This document shows, one piece after another, positions 13,225 through 15,441 of a stretch of 15,441 nucleotides of DNA (within the stretch, counting starts at the first letter, position 1; the number at the start of each line of letters is the position of its first letter). The stretch lies in the UHGV virus genome UHGV-0099063; one strand, 5' to 3'. The notes beneath the pieces are model-generated. The model ran no database searches and was not told the origin of the DNA. It worked only from the letters and a program-made list of their open reading frames with translations. The translations under genes and the position numbers were made by a program. This DNA comes from a virus.

Positions 13225-13303
13225 AGGTGTTCGCGTATTTTTAAATGCGGCAAAGACTGAAGTATTAAATCAGCGTTATTTACTTGGGCCATGTCCATTC
13301 TGA
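13133..13303 (+). CDS. hypothetical small basic protein (arf-position ORF immediately upstream of erf)
   Basis: ATG 13133 preceded by AAGGAG at 6-nt spacing; ends 10 nt before erf. Position matches P22 arf, but the sequence identity is not verified. Confidence 0.45.
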   Translation: MSLATTVKESKLQRRMYTQQALMYRQKGDREGVRVFLNAAKTEVLNQRYLLGPCPF

Positions 13304-13313
13304 GAACAATCAT

Positions 13314-13919
13314 ATGAGCAAAGAATTTTACGCAAGACTGGCAGCTATTCAGGAGAATCTGAACGCGCCAAAGAATCAGTACAACTCATTCGGTAAATAT
13401 AAATACAGAAGCTGCGAAGACATTCTTGAAGGCGTTAAGCCGCTACTGAATGGCCTGTTTTTATCAATCAGCGATGAAGTTGTGTTGATTGGTGATCGGT
13501 ATTACGTGAAAGCCACGGCAACTATTACCGATGGCGAAAACAGTCATACGGCAACCGCCCTTGCACGAGAGGAAGAAAGCAAGAAAGGAATGGATTCTGC
13601 ACAAGTTACTGGAGCTACAAGCTCTTATGCACGCAAGTATTGCCTCAATGGTTTGTTCGGCATAGATGATGCGAAAGATGCAGATACAGACGAGCATAAA
13701 CATCAGCAGAACGCAGCAGCAAAGCAATCAAAGCCATCACCTACACCTGAACAGGTTTTAAAGGCATTCACTGACGCAGCAATGCAGAAAAACACCGTAG
13801 AAGAGCTTAAACAGGCGTTCGCCAAAGCGTGGAAGATGCTCGAAGGCACACCGGAGCAGCACAAAGCGCAGGACGTTTACAACATCAGACGAGACGAATT
13901 AGAAGGAGCGGCTGCTTAA
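13314..13919 (+). CDS. erf: Erf single-strand annealing recombinase (P22 Erf family)
   Basis: MSKEFYARLAAIQENLNAPKNQYNSFGKYKYRSCEDILEGVKPLLNGLFLSISDEVVLIGDRYYVKATATITDGENSH... is collinear with and near-identical to the recalled P22 Erf N-terminal domain. Confidence 0.85.
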   Translation: MSKEFYARLAAIQENLNAPKNQYNSFGKYKYRSCEDILEGVKPLLNGLFLSISDEVVLIGDRYYVKATATITDGENSHTATALAREEESKKGMDSAQVTGATSSYARKYCLNGLFGIDDAKDADTDEHKHQQNAAAKQSKPSPTPEQVLKAFTDAAMQKNTVEELKQAFAKAWKMLEGTPEQHKAQDVYNIRRDELEGAAA

Positions 13920-14302
13920 TGGCACATTCGATTACTGTAAGACTAAACAAGCCCGCAAGAAAGTTTCAGGCCGGGGAAAATATCGGATTCAACATCCGTG
14001 CTGGCGTTCAGTATTACGATCGCCAGACAAAAAAGAAAGAATGGACAAACTACAGCGCCGTTGTATTTGCCAAGCCGGGAGCGCAAGCGGATTACTACCG
14101 TAGTGTTCTTGTTGAAGGTGGCATTGTGGAAATTACCGGAGAAAACATCAGGGTTGATGTTTATCAGGGGCAAAATGGTCAATCAATCACTCTTGAATTA
14201 CTGAATGCAAAGATTGGATTTGCAACTTCAGGAAACAGCCAACAGCAGCAAAGTAGCAATCATCAAAATCATCCTGAATACGACGATTCAATTCCCTTCT
14301 AA
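13919..14302 (+). CDS. ssb: phage single-stranded DNA-binding protein-like (OB fold with SSB-type acidic C-terminal tip)
   Basis: ATG 13919 overlaps the erf stop (TAATG). The pattern KEWTNYSAVVFAK...VEGGIVEITGE..RVDVYQGQNGQ is SSB-like, then a Gln/Ser-rich linker, and the C-terminus ends ...EYDDSIPF (compare bacterial SSB ...DDDIPF). Confidence 0.7.
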   Translation: MAHSITVRLNKPARKFQAGENIGFNIRAGVQYYDRQTKKKEWTNYSAVVFAKPGAQADYYRSVLVEGGIVEITGENIRVDVYQGQNGQSITLELLNAKIGFATSGNSQQQQSSNHQNHPEYDDSIPF

Positions 14303-14325
14303 AGTAGCAACATAAGGATTCCATT

Positions 14326-14619
14326 ATGCCAGCGCCTCTGTATGGTGCGGATGACCCACGCCGCTGTTCCGGCAATTCCGTATCGGAGGTGCTGGATAAA
14401 TTCAGAAAAAACTACGATCGAATAATGTCTCTACCGCAGGAAACGAAAGAGGAAAAGGAATTTCGCCACTGTATATGGCTTGCAGAGAAAGAAGAACGCG
14501 AGCGAATTTACCAGACATCAATCCGACCATTCCGCAAAGCCACATATACCCACTTCCCTGAAATTGACCCTCGCCTGCGTAATTACCGCTCACGCTATGG
14601 CGCTATCAGTAATGACTGA
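14326..14619 (+). CDS. abc2: Abc2-like protein (tentative; RecBCD modulator in P22-type recombination modules)
   Basis: 97 aa with AAGGA 7 nt upstream; position after erf/ssb and its length fit P22 abc2. Sequence identity is recalled only loosely, so the product name is tentative. Confidence 0.5.
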   Translation: MPAPLYGADDPRRCSGNSVSEVLDKFRKNYDRIMSLPQETKEEKEFRHCIWLAEKEERERIYQTSIRPFRKATYTHFPEIDPRLRNYRSRYGAISND

Positions 14620-14629
14620 GGAATTTACC

Positions 14630-14776
14630 ATGAGAGGACTTGCATACAATCCCGGCATTCTTCCGGCAGAAATGATTATTAGCCAACGCGTAAAGCCAAT
14701 GCCATCGAGAGAGGAATTGCTTAAGAGAAATTCTTTTCCGTCAGTGAATCAAAACAAATATCTGAATGCGATGTGA
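14630..14776 (+). CDS. hypothetical small ORF, 48 aa
   Basis: ATG 14630 with GAGGAA 6 nt upstream, immediately after the abc2-like stop; no family recognised. Confidence 0.3.
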   Translation: MRGLAYNPGILPAEMIISQRVKPMPSREELLKRNSFPSVNQNKYLNAM

Positions 14777-14790
14777 CGGAGTGGGAAGAA

Positions 14791-15336
14791 ATGAAGAAAA
14801 TGTCACTAATTGAGATGGATGGATTTCTGAAAGTTAAATGCATCCCACGAGATTTAAAGGTTAACGAAACAAACGCTGAATATTTTGTCCGTAAATTTGC
14901 TGAAGCGGAGGCCAAGTGCGCGGCGCTGGCGGCGGAGAATGAGCTGGCTCGTAAGGCAGTTCAGGCATTCTGCGATGTTGTTGGCGACAACACCGAGGTT
15001 ATCTGTGAGGCGGTTGGGAGAGATGGCGTTCTGGTTATTTTGGAGGCCATGAAGGCAACAGGAAATATGTCAGCCACCGACGCTTTCCTGGCTGAAATAC
15101 GTGCGGAGGCACGCAACGAGGGGATTAACTACACCGCAAGCCGTCTTGCTGCTGCGTTCAATCACGGATTTATCAATAAGTCTTTGCGTGAAGTTTTCGA
15201 CGTTACACGCATGATTTTGTCAGCGAAAGAAGAGTTGGCTAATGAACCGCATCCGATTGATGGCCTGTCCGGTGAATATGCGGAGAAATCCCTTGAAGAA
15301 TGGGCGGAACAGATTCGCAAAGGAGGCAACCAGTGA
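14791..15336 (+). CDS. hypothetical early-left protein, 181 aa
   Basis: ATG 14791 with GGAG 9 nt upstream (the track ORF begins at a GTG at 14773). Ala/Glu-rich, helical; no family confidently recognised. Confidence 0.55.
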   Translation: MKKMSLIEMDGFLKVKCIPRDLKVNETNAEYFVRKFAEAEAKCAALAAENELARKAVQAFCDVVGDNTEVICEAVGRDGVLVILEAMKATGNMSATDAFLAEIRAEARNEGINYTASRLAAAFNHGFINKSLREVFDVTRMILSAKEELANEPHPIDGLSGEYAEKSLEEWAEQIRKGGNQ

Positions 15337-15441
15337 GCAAGATTGACTATCAGGCACTGCGTGAGTTAGCAAAACAGGCAACACAGGGCGAATGGGTCGC
15401 ATTTATTTCGCCGGGCAAATACGGCACGTACGCCGTGCACA
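15333..15441 (+). CDS. Ead/Ea22-like protein, N-terminal fragment (continues beyond the window end)
   Basis: GTG 15333 preceded by AGGAGG at 6-nt spacing and overlapping the previous stop; translation VSKIDYQALRELAKQATQGEWVAF... resembles the N-termini of Ea22-like prophage proteins as recalled. Confidence 0.45.
   Translation, partial: MSKIDYQALRELAKQATQGEWVAFISPGKYGTYAVH

Noticed and set aside
13464-14182. Minus-strand ORFs 13464-13727 and 13943-14182
   Set aside because: Antisense to erf and the SSB-like gene; Cys/Phe-rich shadow frames.
14402-14915. Minus-strand ORFs 14402-14593 and 14721-14915, and the plus ORF 14480-14776 as a full-length gene
   Set aside because: The minus ORFs are antisense to plus-strand genes with RBS support. 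Only the 3' portion of 14480-14776 (from ATG 14630) is outside abc2 and has an RBS, so it is listed as a short low-confidence ORF.

Overview
This window is the early/immunity region of a mosaic lambdoid prophage (Enterobacteriaceae type), read here by eye from the sequence and the ORF track; no database search was run. Rightward-type genes lie on the minus strand: cro, nutR, cII, an O-like initiator with internal ori iterons, a DnaB-like helicase, a tightly coupled nin region (ninB, ninE, ninF, ybcO-like, rusA, ninH), Q, a candidate pR'/tR', then a pinholin and the 5' end of a SAR endolysin at the left edge. Leftward-type genes lie on the plus strand: cI, a small AT-rich membrane protein and terminator, OL/pL, nutL, a P22-gp24-type N, ral, cIII, kil/arf-like ORFs, erf, an SSB-like protein, an abc2-like ORF and Ea22-like ORFs at the right edge. 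Three AT-rich HNH endonuclease genes are inserted into this backbone. The most notable is one that appears to have inserted in frame into the 3' end of ninB, leaving the ancestral NinB tail on the endonuclease ORF. The other main candidates for undescribed function are the membrane protein downstream of cI and an acidic protein beside ral. All product names rest on remembered motifs and homologues and need confirmation by search.
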